From Bacteroidota bacterium (GTDB taxonomy: Bacteria > Bacteroidota > Bacteroidia > Palsa-965), in the NCBI GenBank assembly GCA_020402865.1, contig JADBYT010000024.1, positions 71,949 through 135,948 of the forward strand: 64,000 nt of DNA, in the 5' to 3' direction. The notes beneath the pieces are model-generated. The model was not told the DNA's origin. It saw only the letters and a list, made by a program, of their open reading frames with translations, and ran no database searches. Below, one piece after another: positions 1 to 9,758 of this stretch; the stretch's first letter is position 1, and every line of letters begins with the position of its first letter. The position numbers were made by a program, and so were the translations under genes.

Positions 1-10
1 TTCGGCCGGA

Positions 11-1111
11 ATGGTGGTCTTTTGGGTGCTGGTGCTTGCGCTGGCCGTGCAGCTGTTTTATTTTCTGTTTTTCTTTCTGCGTCTTGCACGTTATAAAAAT
101 GCCGAAGGTGTAAACGAATTCCCTCCTGTTTCGGTTGTAATTTGTGCGCGGAATGAAGATGACAATCTGGTGGCTTTTCTGCCGTTGGTGCTGGCACAGG
201 ATTATCCTGAGTTTCAGGTAGTGGTGGTAAATGATTGTTCGTTTGATAATACCGAAGATATTCTCAAGGAGTTTTCTGAGCGGCATCCGCACCTGAAAGT
301 GGTTACTATTAAGGAAGATGAGTATTACAGCCACGGCAAAAAAGTGGCGCTCATGATGGGTATTAAAGGTGCCCGATATGAGCACCTGTTGCTTACCGAT
401 GCCGATTGCCGCCCGGCCAGCGCCAACTGGCTGCGGAGCATGGCCGCACAGTTTACCACCGAAACAGAAATTGTACTCGGCTACGGCCCTTATGAAAAAC
501 GCAGCGGTATGCTTAACAAGCTCATCCGTTTCGACGCGTTTTTCATCGCCCTGCAATACCTCTCGTTTTCAATGGCCCGAATTACCTATATGGGTGTGGG
601 CCGCAATCTGGCCTACCGCAAAGAACTTTTTTTCCGCCATAAAGGCTTTGCCTCCCACTACCATATTCAGTCGGGCGACGATGATTTGTTTGTGAATCAG
701 GCTGCTACGCGACGCAATACACGCGTGGAAGTGCGGCCCGACAGTTTTACACTTTCGGTGCCCGAACGGACTTTCAAGGCCTGGTGGCGGCAAAAACGCA
801 GGCACCTCACCACCGGTAAACGCTATAAATTCGGTCATAAACTGCTGCTAATAACCTATGTAGCCAGTCAGTGGCTGTTTTTCGGCACCTTTATTGCGGC
901 ACTCGTCCTGAATTTTCAGCCTTATGTCGTATTGGGCATCATGTTGCTGCGATTGCTGCTGCAAATGTTTATCTTTAAAAAAGCAATGGAGAAACTTGGC
1001 GAACACGACCTCCTCTTGCTGGTACCGTTCGTCGAAATTTTTCTCCTATTTTTTTACCCGGCACTTACATTTGCCGGCATATTCCAACGCAGGCGTAAAT
1101 GGATGACGTAA
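11..1111 (+). CDS. Membrane glycosyltransferase family 2 (synthase-like, N- and C-terminal TM segments); may be 5'-truncated at the window edge
   Basis: N-terminal TM helix, then 'VSVVICARNEDDNL' (GT2 DXD region), 'LLTDADCRP', 'QSGDDDLF', and a QxxRW-like 'WWRQKRR'. C-terminal hydrophobic helices. The reading frame stays open upstream to base 2. Confidence 0.75.
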   Translation: MVVFWVLVLALAVQLFYFLFFFLRLARYKNAEGVNEFPPVSVVICARNEDDNLVAFLPLVLAQDYPEFQVVVVNDCSFDNTEDILKEFSERHPHLKVVTIKEDEYYSHGKKVALMMGIKGARYEHLLLTDADCRPASANWLRSMAAQFTTETEIVLGYGPYEKRSGMLNKLIRFDAFFIALQYLSFSMARITYMGVGRNLAYRKELFFRHKGFASHYHIQSGDDDLFVNQAATRRNTRVEVRPDSFTLSVPERTFKAWWRQKRRHLTTGKRYKFGHKLLLITYVASQWLFFGTFIAALVLNFQPYVVLGIMLLRLLLQMFIFKKAMEKLGEHDLLLLVPFVEIFLLFFYPALTFAGIFQRRRKWMT

Positions 1112-1716
1112 TTGAGAATGAAAATTTATCCGACAAGGCGTTACACGACTACCGCCTTGTAAGGAAGGCGCTGGATGAGTCTGATCAGCGGGCGTATGCC
1201 GAACTGATGGGACGCTACCGCGACTCTGTTTACTTCATGCTGCTTAAAATGGTAAACAGCAAGGACGATGCGGAAGATTTAACCGTAGAAGCCTTTGGCA
1301 AAGCCTTTAAGCGCCTCAGCCAGTACACGCCAAACTACGCGTTCAGTACCTGGCTGTTTCGTATTGCCACAAATAACTGCATCGACTTTATCCGCCGCAA
1401 ACGCAAAAATACCTTCTCCATCGACCAGCCCATGAGCGACGATGAAGGCGGTGAACTTGTGCTCGATCTCCGCTCGGAAATGCTGGATCCGGAAGAGAAT
1501 GTAATGAAGAAGCAGAAAATTGCCCTGCTGCGCGAACTGGTGGATAAAATGAAGCCGCGTTACCGCACACTCATCGAAATGCGCTACTTCCAGGAACTTT
1601 CCTACGAAGAAATTGCGCAGGAACTCGATCTCCCGCTGGGCACCGTAAAAGCACAACTCTTCCGCGCCCGCGAATTCCTTTACAACGTGCTCAAAAATAC
1701 GCAGGGCAAGATTTAA
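1099..1716 (+). CDS. RNA polymerase ECF-type sigma-70 factor
   Basis: Region 2 'FSTWLFRIATNNCIDFIRRKRK' and region 4 HTH 'LSYEEIAQELDLPLGTVKAQLFRAREFL'. Overlaps the GT2 gene by 13 nt and sits 6 nt before rsmG. Confidence 0.85.
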   Translation: MDDVIENENLSDKALHDYRLVRKALDESDQRAYAELMGRYRDSVYFMLLKMVNSKDDAEDLTVEAFGKAFKRLSQYTPNYAFSTWLFRIATNNCIDFIRRKRKNTFSIDQPMSDDEGGELVLDLRSEMLDPEENVMKKQKIALLRELVDKMKPRYRTLIEMRYFQELSYEEIAQELDLPLGTVKAQLFRAREFLYNVLKNTQGKI

Positions 1717-1721
1717 CCGCC

Positions 1722-2348
1722 GTGAACGGAACTACCGTAACCGATTTCTTTCCGCAGCTCAGCCCTGCTCAGGTGCAGCAGTTTGCCGCCCTGCCCGAAT
1801 TATATGCCCGCTGGAATGCGCAGATCAACGTGATTTCGCGTAAAGACATGGACAATTTCTTCACGCACCACCTGCTGCATAGTTTATCCATTGCCCGCTT
1901 CATTCGTTTCAATGCAGGTACGCAGGTGCTTGATATTGGCACCGGCGGCGGCTTTCCGGGCATTCCCCTCGCCATTTTTTTCCCCGAAGTACAGTTTCAT
2001 CTGGTCGATTCGATCGGGAAAAAAATTAAGGTGGTGAACGAAGTGGCTGCTGAGCTTGGATTGCAAAACGTAAAAGCACAGCAAACCCGCGCCGAAGAAC
2101 TCAAAACCGAATACGATTTTGTGGTGTCGCGAGCCGTGGCGCCCTGGCCCGATATTCACCGCTGGTCGGCCAAACTCATTTCGCGCAAAGGCCGCAATGC
2201 CCTGCCCAACGGCTGGCTCCTGCTTAAAGGCGGCGACCTGAAAGAAGAACTTGCCTCAGCCGCCAAACGCCTCGATGAGTTTGCACTCAGCGACTGGTTC
2301 TCCGATCCGTTTTTCGAAACCAAGAAGCTGATTTATATTCCGGCGTAG
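1722..2348 (+). CDS. rsmG: 16S rRNA (guanine527-N7)-methyltransferase RsmG/GidB
   Basis: SAM-binding 'VLDIGTGGGFPGIPLAIFFPEVQFHLVDSIGKKIKVVNEVAAELGLQNV' is typical of GidB. Length 208 aa. Apparent GTG start. Confidence 0.85.
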   Translation: MNGTTVTDFFPQLSPAQVQQFAALPELYARWNAQINVISRKDMDNFFTHHLLHSLSIARFIRFNAGTQVLDIGTGGGFPGIPLAIFFPEVQFHLVDSIGKKIKVVNEVAAELGLQNVKAQQTRAEELKTEYDFVVSRAVAPWPDIHRWSAKLISRKGRNALPNGWLLLKGGDLKEELASAAKRLDEFALSDWFSDPFFETKKLIYIPA

Positions 2349-2374
2349 GCCCGCATGCAGATCAGTTCTAACAG

Positions 2375-4102
2375 CTACTTTTGGGGCATCTTTTTCAGGA
2401 TCATTCCCTGATAGTAAATGCCTTCGTCGGTTAGAAAAAAGGTTTGACCGGCATTCCTGCCAACGCCTCCCGCAATAGCTTCCGTATCGTTTACCGGCTC
2501 AAGTACATTATTGCCCTTACTGCCATTGATATCTTCAATTGTAATCATCAGGAAGCCATCCCGGATGAAAAGCTTGTAGGATTTAAACAGGCTGTTTTTA
2601 AGGCTGTCGTTGGTTTGTACATAATCGCCGCAGGCCTGTTTCCATTTTTCAGGAATGGTGTAAGGTGCCAGACGTTTACCTATAATCATCGAGTCGCGGA
2701 CCTGTGAATACGCAAATACATAATCCTGTCCGTTGATGCGTTTAAAGCCTAAATACTGGTTGGGAATATTTATCGGAATCAATCCGAAAATACGTGCCTG
2801 AGGAATAAATGAGCTGTCGTTTTGAGCAATGAAATGTACCGTAGCCATGGGTTGTTTGGTCTTGAGCCTGCTACCCTTGCTTTGCAGTTTAAATAAATCA
2901 CCGCCAAGTACATAATATCCTTGTTTTGATGCCGTACTTACATTGGCAGGTTGCGTCTTTATTTTTGTATCGGGCTTTTTGAGTCCGGTTTTTAACTCAA
3001 GATATTTCGCGAGTATTTTGTCCGCTACAATTCTTACCAGCCCTCCTCCCTGCGAGGAATTGTCAAGTACGATCACGCCAATTTTATGTTTAGGCAGTGT
3101 AGCGAACTGGCTGTGATAAATAAACGTATCGCCGGCATGTTCGGCATTACCACCAGCATATTCCCACGAAGCCGAGTTGAGAAACCAGCATAAGCCAATG
3201 GAGAAGTTGAGGTCAAGTGATGCTCCCGTATTTTGTTTGGTTTGCATTTCCAGCAATGAAGCGGCAGAAATAATCTGATGCGAATTGTATTTACCGTTGT
3301 TAAATGTCATTTTCATGAAGTTGGCCAGATCAAGCACATTGCTGTAGAGCTGCCCGGCGGCTACGTCTCTGAAATGCGGCTCATCAAATTCCTTGCTGCC
3401 TTTGTAGCCTTTGGAAAAAAGTGGTTTGATCTGGTCATTCATTTTAAATGATGAATGCTTCATTTCGAGAGGCTCAAAAATATTCTTCTGTGTGTAGGCT
3501 GAAAAATCTTCCTTGCTCAGTCGTTCGGTGAGTACGCCCAGCAGCGAATAGCCCGCATTACTGTAAGAGAAAATCTGTCCGGGAGGTGCTGCGAGGTATT
3601 CTTTTTTCAGGTATCCGATAATGGCTGATGCTGGTTCGGGCTGCTTGCTCATAAAATTGTGCATGATATCAGAAGGCAGTCCTGAATGATGGGTAAGCAG
3701 TAAACGTGGAGTTACAGCCTGCGTACTGCTGAACCTGCTTTTTATGGAGAACTCCGGAATGTAGGTTTGAAGTGCGCTGTCTAAATGCAACTGATTACGT
3801 TCTTTCAGTTGCATAATGCTGGTTGCTGTAAATAATTTACTCACAGAGCCCACGCGGTAAACCGTTTCAGGCGTGGCTTTAATCTGGTTCTGCGCATCCG
3901 CATAACCAAAGCCTTCTGACCAGATTATTTCCTGATTATCCACCAGCGCAATGCTTAGCCCTGTGGCCTTACCTTTCATTTCCTTCCGGATAAATTCTGT
4001 GAGATCCTGCTTCAGGACTGTAAGTTTATCCGGTTGCTCGTCGGTAAATAACGAAGTCTGTGCAATAAAAAGGAAGAGTGCTGTTAGAGAGAAATTTTTC
4101 AT
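2375..4102 (-). CDS. Serine hydrolase, beta-lactamase class C / PBP-like family, secreted, with a C-terminal extra domain
   Basis: Signal peptide 'MKNFSLTALFLFIAQTS'. S-x-x-K active-site motif 'GSVSKLFTATSIM', and 'YSNAGYSLLG' (YxN motif). Likely start at ATG 4102; the ORF track extends to 4126. Confidence 0.75.
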   Translation of the reverse strand: MKNFSLTALFLFIAQTSLFTDEQPDKLTVLKQDLTEFIRKEMKGKATGLSIALVDNQEIIWSEGFGYADAQNQIKATPETVYRVGSVSKLFTATSIMQLKERNQLHLDSALQTYIPEFSIKSRFSSTQAVTPRLLLTHHSGLPSDIMHNFMSKQPEPASAIIGYLKKEYLAAPPGQIFSYSNAGYSLLGVLTERLSKEDFSAYTQKNIFEPLEMKHSSFKMNDQIKPLFSKGYKGSKEFDEPHFRDVAAGQLYSNVLDLANFMKMTFNNGKYNSHQIISAASLLEMQTKQNTGASLDLNFSIGLCWFLNSASWEYAGGNAEHAGDTFIYHSQFATLPKHKIGVIVLDNSSQGGGLVRIVADKILAKYLELKTGLKKPDTKIKTQPANVSTASKQGYYVLGGDLFKLQSKGSRLKTKQPMATVHFIAQNDSSFIPQARIFGLIPINIPNQYLGFKRINGQDYVFAYSQVRDSMIIGKRLAPYTIPEKWKQACGDYVQTNDSLKNSLFKSYKLFIRDGFLMITIEDINGSKGNNVLEPVNDTEAIAGGVGRNAGQTFFLTDEGIYYQGMILKKMPQK

Positions 4103-4454
4103 AGGCAAGAGCCAAATTACTGGCAAAACAACATGCTCTCAAAATATAAGTGATATCAGGCTAAATTAATTGATGAGAGGTGTTTGTCATTTTTAACGAA
4201 ATTCAGCAGCACAAATTTTACCTTTCCCCGATTAAAAAAGCAAAATATACTGGTAATGACAAGTAATCAGGAAGTTGCATTGAACGGAAATATCTCCTTA
4301 TGCTTTAAAAAGTAAAGCCTGCGCGGGGATGATTTATGAGATTATCTTCGGCTGCAAGGAATGCTTTCCGTGCTTAAATTGTTTTTAGCTGTGACTTTTT
4401 TGCCATTCCGGTAATATGATTGGCAAAATGGTTCGCATGGAAGTTGTAGTACAA

Positions 4455-5024
4455 ATGAACGAAGCCGGTACACACCATCAGACAAAAGCGCAGATTGATG
4501 CGGAAATGGAACAGGTGCATGCTGCTCAGCAGGATCCACGCTGTTTTGAGCCGCTCTATCATGCCTATTACAAACGCATTGTTACGTATGTGCATCACCG
4601 GGTCGATGATCAGGAAACGGCGTTTGATATTACGGCACAGGTGTTTTACGTGGCGCTTAACCGGCTTCCGAAGTTCAGGGCACAGGGTGTGCCGTTCGGC
4701 GCGTGGCTTTTCAGTATCGCATACACTGAACTGCAGCAGTGGTATCGGAAAAAGAAACGCGCACAAATTGTACACATTGATGCCGACGGCTTCTGTGAAC
4801 TCCGCGAAAATGTGCAAAGCCACACCACAGCCGACGACGACAACGCCCTTTATCAGGCACTCGAAAAGCTGAGCAGCGGGGAGATGGAAATCATCAACCT
4901 CCGCTTCTTCGAAAAACGCTCCTTTGCCGAAATCTGTGAAATAACCGGCCTCGGCGAAAGTGCCTGCAAAATGCGTGTCTATCGCACCATCGAAAAACTC
5001 AAAAAACATTTCAAACAAAGCTGA
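4455..5024 (+). CDS. RNA polymerase ECF sigma factor
   Basis: Region 2 'FEPLYHAYYKRIVTYVHHRV...ETAFDITAQVFYVALNRL', 'GAWLFSIAYTELQQWYRKKKR', and region 4 'LSSGEMEIINLRFFEKRSFAEICEITGLGESACKMRVYRTIEKL'. Start is ambiguous between 4416, 4455 and 4506. Confidence 0.8.
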   Translation: MNEAGTHHQTKAQIDAEMEQVHAAQQDPRCFEPLYHAYYKRIVTYVHHRVDDQETAFDITAQVFYVALNRLPKFRAQGVPFGAWLFSIAYTELQQWYRKKKRAQIVHIDADGFCELRENVQSHTTADDDNALYQALEKLSSGEMEIINLRFFEKRSFAEICEITGLGESACKMRVYRTIEKLKKHFKQS

Positions 5025-5030
5025 TTCCTC

Positions 5031-6665
5031 ATGGCACGTTTCCAGTTCAACAATAAAAAAGAACCCCTTTCCGATCAGGAAATCAACAGCCGCATGAACT
5101 TCGATCAGTTCCTTGCTGCACGCCCCGCGCCGGTTAACCCTCGTGTAAAAATCTGGAAAGCTGCCGGTATTACCACAGTGGCTGCAGCTGTTGCAGTAGT
5201 AAGCTATTTTATTGCTGCCGATTCACCCGGCGCTGAAAAAAAACAGTACATCCCGGCATTCATTCACCCTCCGCTGCCTGAAGTAAACACAGCTCCGTTT
5301 ACATTCTCGGTAAATACTGCAAAAGATACGCAGGTTGTATCGGCCCGGGGTTCCGAAATAAATGTGCCACGTAATGCGTTTGTGTTTGCAAACGGAACAC
5401 CGGTAAATGGTAATGTGGAATTGCATTACCGCGAATTTCACGATCAGATTGAAATTATGATGAGCGGTATTCCCATGCAATACGATTCGGCGGGTAAGCA
5501 ATGGTTGCTTGAATCGGCAGGTATGTTTGAAATAACAGCCACGCAAAACGGCACGCCATTGCAACTTGCGCCCGGTCGTGAAATCAATGTCCGCCTGATT
5601 TCAAACCGCACCGATAATGATTACAATATTTATTATCTCGATACGGTTAAACGCAACTGGCAATACATTTCCGATAATACCCGCGAAAGCGGCACCTGTT
5701 CCGAACCGCTCTATTTCATAAACGAAAAAGAAGAGGAAAAATACAACACATTGCTTGCTGCGCCTGCTCCGGTACAACCGGTTCAGCCTTTCCGTGCCAC
5801 GCCCGGAGCTACTACATTCAGCATTGATTATGTGCGGGGCGAATTTCCGGAGCTGGAAGCCTACGACGGACTGAAGTTTGAACCGTTAGCCGGTGATGAA
5901 AATTTTGATGAAAAAATGGCGCAACAAACCTGGGAAAATATTGAAGTGGAACACACCGGAACGCCCGGAATCTATTCGGTGCAACTCAGCGCAGGCCGCA
6001 GTTTGCATACGTTTGATGCACGTGTTGTTACTGATGCCGGCAACTACGAACAGGCCATCAGCGAATTCAACCGGCGCGATAAAATTTACCGCGAAAAAAT
6101 GAAGCTGCGCACCAGCCAACTCAATGCCCTCCGTGATTCGATGTACAACCTCAACGAAGCACTCGTGTCAAACGTGCGCACCATAAATTACAACGATAAA
6201 TTCAACGCTTTCGTAACCGGCGATTACAACAATATGCCCAAGAGCATGCTCGTCTATCGAACGGTAAGGGTTCAAACTCTGGGGATCTGGAATTGCGACA
6301 GACCCCGAAATTTCTTTGATGAGTTGTCGGATGCGGTCAGGGCTGGTTTAAATAAGGTGCTTTTTTCTGCCGTATTTGTGAATGCAGTGAAAAAGAAACT
6401 GAATCTCAAAGTGGCTTTCCTTGTAAGAAATGAAATCAATACAGTGTGCCCGGTAAGTGCCGATAAATTTGAAAATTCATTCCCGTTCATGGCCGGTGAA
6501 ATTGATATGGTAATTGGAGTTACAGACGATAATAAAATCTGTTACAGCAAGGGAGCCGATTTGCAACGGGCACAACTTCCCGGAAACAAACTGGAGTTTG
6601 TGATGCAGGAACCCGCAAAGCCCGTGAGTACAGTAGATGAGTTGAAAGCACTATTGAAAAAATAA
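5031..6665 (+). CDS. Putative anti-sigma factor / membrane-anchored protein with a large extracytoplasmic domain (hypothetical)
   Basis: Starts 7 nt after the ECF sigma stop. About 50-aa N-terminal cytoplasmic segment, one TM helix 'ITTVAAAVAVVSYFIAA', then a roughly 470-aa C-terminal domain. No recognisable HxxxCxxC zinc motif. The call rests on gene order and topology only. Confidence 0.45.
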   Translation: MARFQFNNKKEPLSDQEINSRMNFDQFLAARPAPVNPRVKIWKAAGITTVAAAVAVVSYFIAADSPGAEKKQYIPAFIHPPLPEVNTAPFTFSVNTAKDTQVVSARGSEINVPRNAFVFANGTPVNGNVELHYREFHDQIEIMMSGIPMQYDSAGKQWLLESAGMFEITATQNGTPLQLAPGREINVRLISNRTDNDYNIYYLDTVKRNWQYISDNTRESGTCSEPLYFINEKEEEKYNTLLAAPAPVQPVQPFRATPGATTFSIDYVRGEFPELEAYDGLKFEPLAGDENFDEKMAQQTWENIEVEHTGTPGIYSVQLSAGRSLHTFDARVVTDAGNYEQAISEFNRRDKIYREKMKLRTSQLNALRDSMYNLNEALVSNVRTINYNDKFNAFVTGDYNNMPKSMLVYRTVRVQTLGIWNCDRPRNFFDELSDAVRAGLNKVLFSAVFVNAVKKKLNLKVAFLVRNEINTVCPVSADKFENSFPFMAGEIDMVIGVTDDNKICYSKGADLQRAQLPGNKLEFVMQEPAKPVSTVDELKALLKK

Positions 6666-6669
6666 ACGT

Positions 6670-7413
6670 ATGCGCTACCTGTTGTTGATCGTATGGCTGT
6701 GTATCAGCATGTTTTGCCGGGCCCAAACGGGTGCCGGCAAAACGCTTGTGATAAAAGTGCGCGCACCTAAAGCATCCTGCTCGGTGTTTACGGATGGCGA
6801 TTTTTTCTGGCTGGAAAAAAGTAATGTGATTCGTGTGGTCACAAGAGGTTTTTCTGAGCCGGTACAGGTGGTGGTTACCGGCGGACGCATTATTGCGAAT
6901 GATGGCGAACGCTACACGCTTTTTTTTACGCAGCGGAATGATGCAGTTGTTGCAGTGTATAAGCAAGGAGTGTCAAGGCGCGAACTTCTTTATACACGTA
7001 AGTTTGAAGTGCGCGGCCCCACGCTTTGGTTCTGTGGCATTAAAACCGATTCGTCATCGTATGCGCTTAAACTTCGTGGCGATAATCTTTATGCATGGTC
7101 TGATTATTACAAACAACCCCTGCGCGTAAGTTCGTTTGATATGGTGTTTATGCAGGATACCACCAACAAACGGGCAAAGAAAGATAAGCCTGAGTATTTT
7201 CATTCAGATACCTGCATGCTTACCAAAGCAATGACAGATAAAGTGCTGGGTTATCAGCCAAACTACAACTTCATTTACTTCCACAACATTGTGTGTGTGG
7301 TGCCCGATGGTACAAAGCGTATCCTCGATCCGATACGTTTGCATGCGGTGAAAGACAGTATTGATGTGAATACGCGAAAAATGCGCTACGCCGTTTACAC
7401 CAAAACCGATTAA
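6670..7413 (+). CDS. Hypothetical secreted protein (signal peptide), third gene of the ECF sigma cluster
   Basis: Signal peptide 'MRYLLLIVWLCISMFCRAQ'. Starts 5 nt after the upstream gene on the same strand. No recognisable motif. Confidence 0.5.
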   Translation: MRYLLLIVWLCISMFCRAQTGAGKTLVIKVRAPKASCSVFTDGDFFWLEKSNVIRVVTRGFSEPVQVVVTGGRIIANDGERYTLFFTQRNDAVVAVYKQGVSRRELLYTRKFEVRGPTLWFCGIKTDSSSYALKLRGDNLYAWSDYYKQPLRVSSFDMVFMQDTTNKRAKKDKPEYFHSDTCMLTKAMTDKVLGYQPNYNFIYFHNIVCVVPDGTKRILDPIRLHAVKDSIDVNTRKMRYAVYTKTD

Positions 7414-7422
7414 CGCCGTCGT

Positions 7423-9327
7423 TTAGCTTTCACTAGTGGTGAACTCGCCGCTGAACTGCATTTTGCTCAGGTGTTTGTAAATGCCGTTTTCAATGGCCAT
7501 GAGTTCGTCGTGCGTACCTGTTTCGGCCACCACGCCTTTATCAATGACCACAATTTTGTGTGCATTGCGGATGGTGCTCAGACGGTGGGCAATGACAAAC
7601 GAGGTGCGGCCGATCATGAGTTTGTCGATGGCTTCCTGCACCACGCGTTCGCTTTCCGAGTCGAGTGAGCTGGTGGCTTCGTCGAGGATGAGGATGCGCG
7701 GGTTTTTGAGCACGGCGCGGGCAATGGCAATGCGCTGACGCTGTCCGCCCGAAAGCTGAATACCGCGGTCGCCCACTTTGGTGTTGAAGCCTTCGGGAAA
7801 GCTTTCGATAAAGGTGAGCGCATTGGCCTTGCGGGCGGCTTCGGTTATTTCTTCGTCGCTGGCATCGGGGCGGCCGTAGGCAATGTTTTCACGAATGGTG
7901 CCGGCAAACAGCAGCACATCCTGCGGCACAATAGCCATGTTTTCGCGGAGTGCGGTAAGGTCGTATTCGGCCGAAGATTTGCCGTCAATAATCAGTTCGC
8001 CGGAATCGGGCGTGTAAAAACGCAGCAGCAATTGTGCAATGGTTGATTTGCCCGAGCCGCTGCTGCCTACAATGGCAATGGTTTGTCCGGGCTCGGCAGT
8101 AAAGTTTACGCCCTTGAGCACCGGGAAATCGGGGCGGGTGGGGTAGGCAAAATGAATATTGCTCAACTGCACCGCCCCGTTGAGTTTAAGCTGTCCGCGT
8201 TTGCGGCCGGGCGTATCGTTTACCGGCTCGTTTTCCGAGTCGATGATTTCAAAAATACGTTCCGATGCGCCCACCGCACGCTGCACCTGGGCAAACTGCT
8301 CGGGCAAGCCGCTTATGCTGGCCGCCACAAACAGGGTGTACATCATAAAGGCAAGCAGATCGCCGGCCGAAATTTCCTGCTGCACCGCCAGCCGCACACC
8401 ATACCACACCAGCAGCATGATGGCGCCAAACAGCACGAAAATGATAAACGAGAAAAACAGGCCCCGGAAACGGGCGTAGTTAATGGCCTGGGTAATGATC
8501 GAGTCGGTGCTGCGGTGGTAGCGGCCGGCCTCATAGGCCTCATTGGTAAATGATTTTACGTTGGCAATGCCCGTAAGACTTTCGCCCACAATTACATTCG
8601 ACTCGGCAATACGATCCTGCAAATTGCGCGAGTAAGTGCGTATTCGGCGGGCAAACACCACGGCAATAATGGCCACAGGCGGAATAATGGCCAGCATCAC
8701 CAGCGACATTTTCCACGAGTAGAGGCAGATCATGATAATGCCGCCGGTAACAACAATGGTTTGCCGGAGCAGTTCGGCCAGGCCGGTAGCCAGCGTATCG
8801 CCAATCTGGGTAATATCGGCGCTGATGCGGCTGTTGAGCTCGGCAGCCTGTTTGGCCGAGAAGTAGGCCATGGGCATTTTCAGCAGTTTGCCGAAAGTAT
8901 TGCGGCGCAAATTGGCCAGCAGGTTTTCAGTGGCCTGGGCAAACAGCACCACCCGGAAATACGAGGCCACCGCCTGCAGGGCAAACAGAATAAGCAGCTG
9001 AAGCCCCACACCGTTTGCGGCTTTCAGCAGCTGGTCGGCCTGGGTTTGGGTAAGAAAGGTGTCTTTCAGCTTTTCGGCCGAGTCAAGCGCCGCCTTCGTG
9101 TCTTCTGAACCGCTGATCAGTCCCATCAGCTCGCCCAGCATGCCCGGAAACACAATTGCCGTGGCACCGGTGGCCGCCAGAAAAACAAGACCTATATAAA
9201 AGTGTATCTTCTTTTCGCCAAAATAGCCAAACAGCCTCTGCGCCTTGCGCACCGCATCGCGGTTGAGCCTGGCTTTAGGCATTTCGTCTTCGTCTTTACT
9301 CGCTAATCGTCCGCGTCGTGAGGCCAT
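7423..9327 (-). CDS. ABC transporter, fused permease/ATP-binding exporter (MsbA-like type I exporter)
   Basis: Six TM helices, then an NBD with Walker A 'GSSGSGKST', signature '[15 protein letters not shown]', and Walker B '[12 protein letters not shown]'. The ORF track extends to 9378 via an alternative start; in-frame ATGs occur at 9327 and 9282. Confidence 0.85.
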   Translation of the reverse strand: MASRRGRLASKDEDEMPKARLNRDAVRKAQRLFGYFGEKKIHFYIGLVFLAATGATAIVFPGMLGELMGLISGSEDTKAALDSAEKLKDTFLTQTQADQLLKAANGVGLQLLILFALQAVASYFRVVLFAQATENLLANLRRNTFGKLLKMPMAYFSAKQAAELNSRISADITQIGDTLATGLAELLRQTIVVTGGIIMICLYSWKMSLVMLAIIPPVAIIAVVFARRIRTYSRNLQDRIAESNVIVGESLTGIANVKSFTNEAYEAGRYHRSTDSIITQAINYARFRGLFFSFIIFVLFGAIMLLVWYGVRLAVQQEISAGDLLAFMMYTLFVAASISGLPEQFAQVQRAVGASERIFEIIDSENEPVNDTPGRKRGQLKLNGAVQLSNIHFAYPTRPDFPVLKGVNFTAEPGQTIAIVGSSGSGKSTIAQLLLRFYTPDSGELIIDGKSSAEYDLTALRENMAIVPQDVLLFAGTIRENIAYGRPDASDEEITEAARKANALTFIESFPEGFNTKVGDRGIQLSGGQRQRIAIARAVLKNPRILILDEATSSLDSESERVVQEAIDKLMIGRTSFVIAHRLSTIRNAHKIVVIDKGVVAETGTHDELMAIENGIYKHLSKMQFSGEFTTSES

Positions 9328-9466
9328 AACTTGTTTTTTTCCGGGTGCAAAGGTAGCCGCCCTGATGGTTTCCGGCACAGAAACTGTCGCACAACTCCCC
9401 CGAATTATTGTATTTTCGTCCTCCTCAAGCTATTTTTTCCACAAAAAGAAAAAAAATGCGCCGGGA

Positions 9467-9497
9467 TTTGGTCATGTACCAAAAACAATTACCTTTG
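9467..9497 (+). promoter_or_regulatory. Bacteroidetes sigma-A type promoter (-33 TTTG / 19-nt spacer / -7 TAccTTTG) upstream of rpmH
   Basis: 'gaTTTGgtcatgtaccaaaaacaatTACCTTTGcag' matches the Bacteroidetes consensus TTTG-N19-TAnnTTTG. The -7 element ends 26 nt before the rpmH ATG. Confidence 0.5.
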
Positions 9498-9523
9498 CAG
9501 TCCGATTTAAAGAGAATACGAAC

Positions 9524-9682
9524 ATGAAACGCACGTTCCAACCTTCAAACCGCAAGCGTCGAAACAAACATGGTTTCCGTGAGCGCATGTCAACCGCTAA
9601 TGGCCGCCGTGTCCTTGCTGCACGTCGCTCACGCGGTCGTAAGAAACTCTCCGTTTCTGACGAAAAGCGTCACAAAGGCTAG
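9524..9682 (+). CDS. rpmH: 50S ribosomal protein L34
   Basis: 52-aa product '[52 protein letters not shown]' is an unmistakable L34. It is the 3' part of track ORF 9245..9682. Confidence 0.95.
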   Translation: MKRTFQPSNRKRRNKHGFRERMSTANGRRVLAARRSRGRKKLSVSDEKRHKG

Positions 9683-9703
9683 TCGTTTCTGACCACGATA
9701 GTT

Positions 9704-9737
9704 AAGGCTGTTTCTTTTGAAGCAGCCTTTTTCGTTT
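9704..9737. terminator. Rho-independent terminator hairpin between convergent rpmH and the 161-aa gene
   Basis: 'AAGGCUG-uuucuuuugaag-CAGCCUU' stem followed by 'UUUCGUUUU'. Confidence 0.55.
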
Positions 9738-9758
9738 TGGTGTCGTTGGTTAATGTTT

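Noticed and set aside
9245-9523. N-terminal 93 aa of track ORF 9245..9682
   Set aside because: Only the last 52 codons (from ATG 9524) encode L34. The upstream portion is an intergenic read-through that overlaps the ABC gene 5' end and the promoter.
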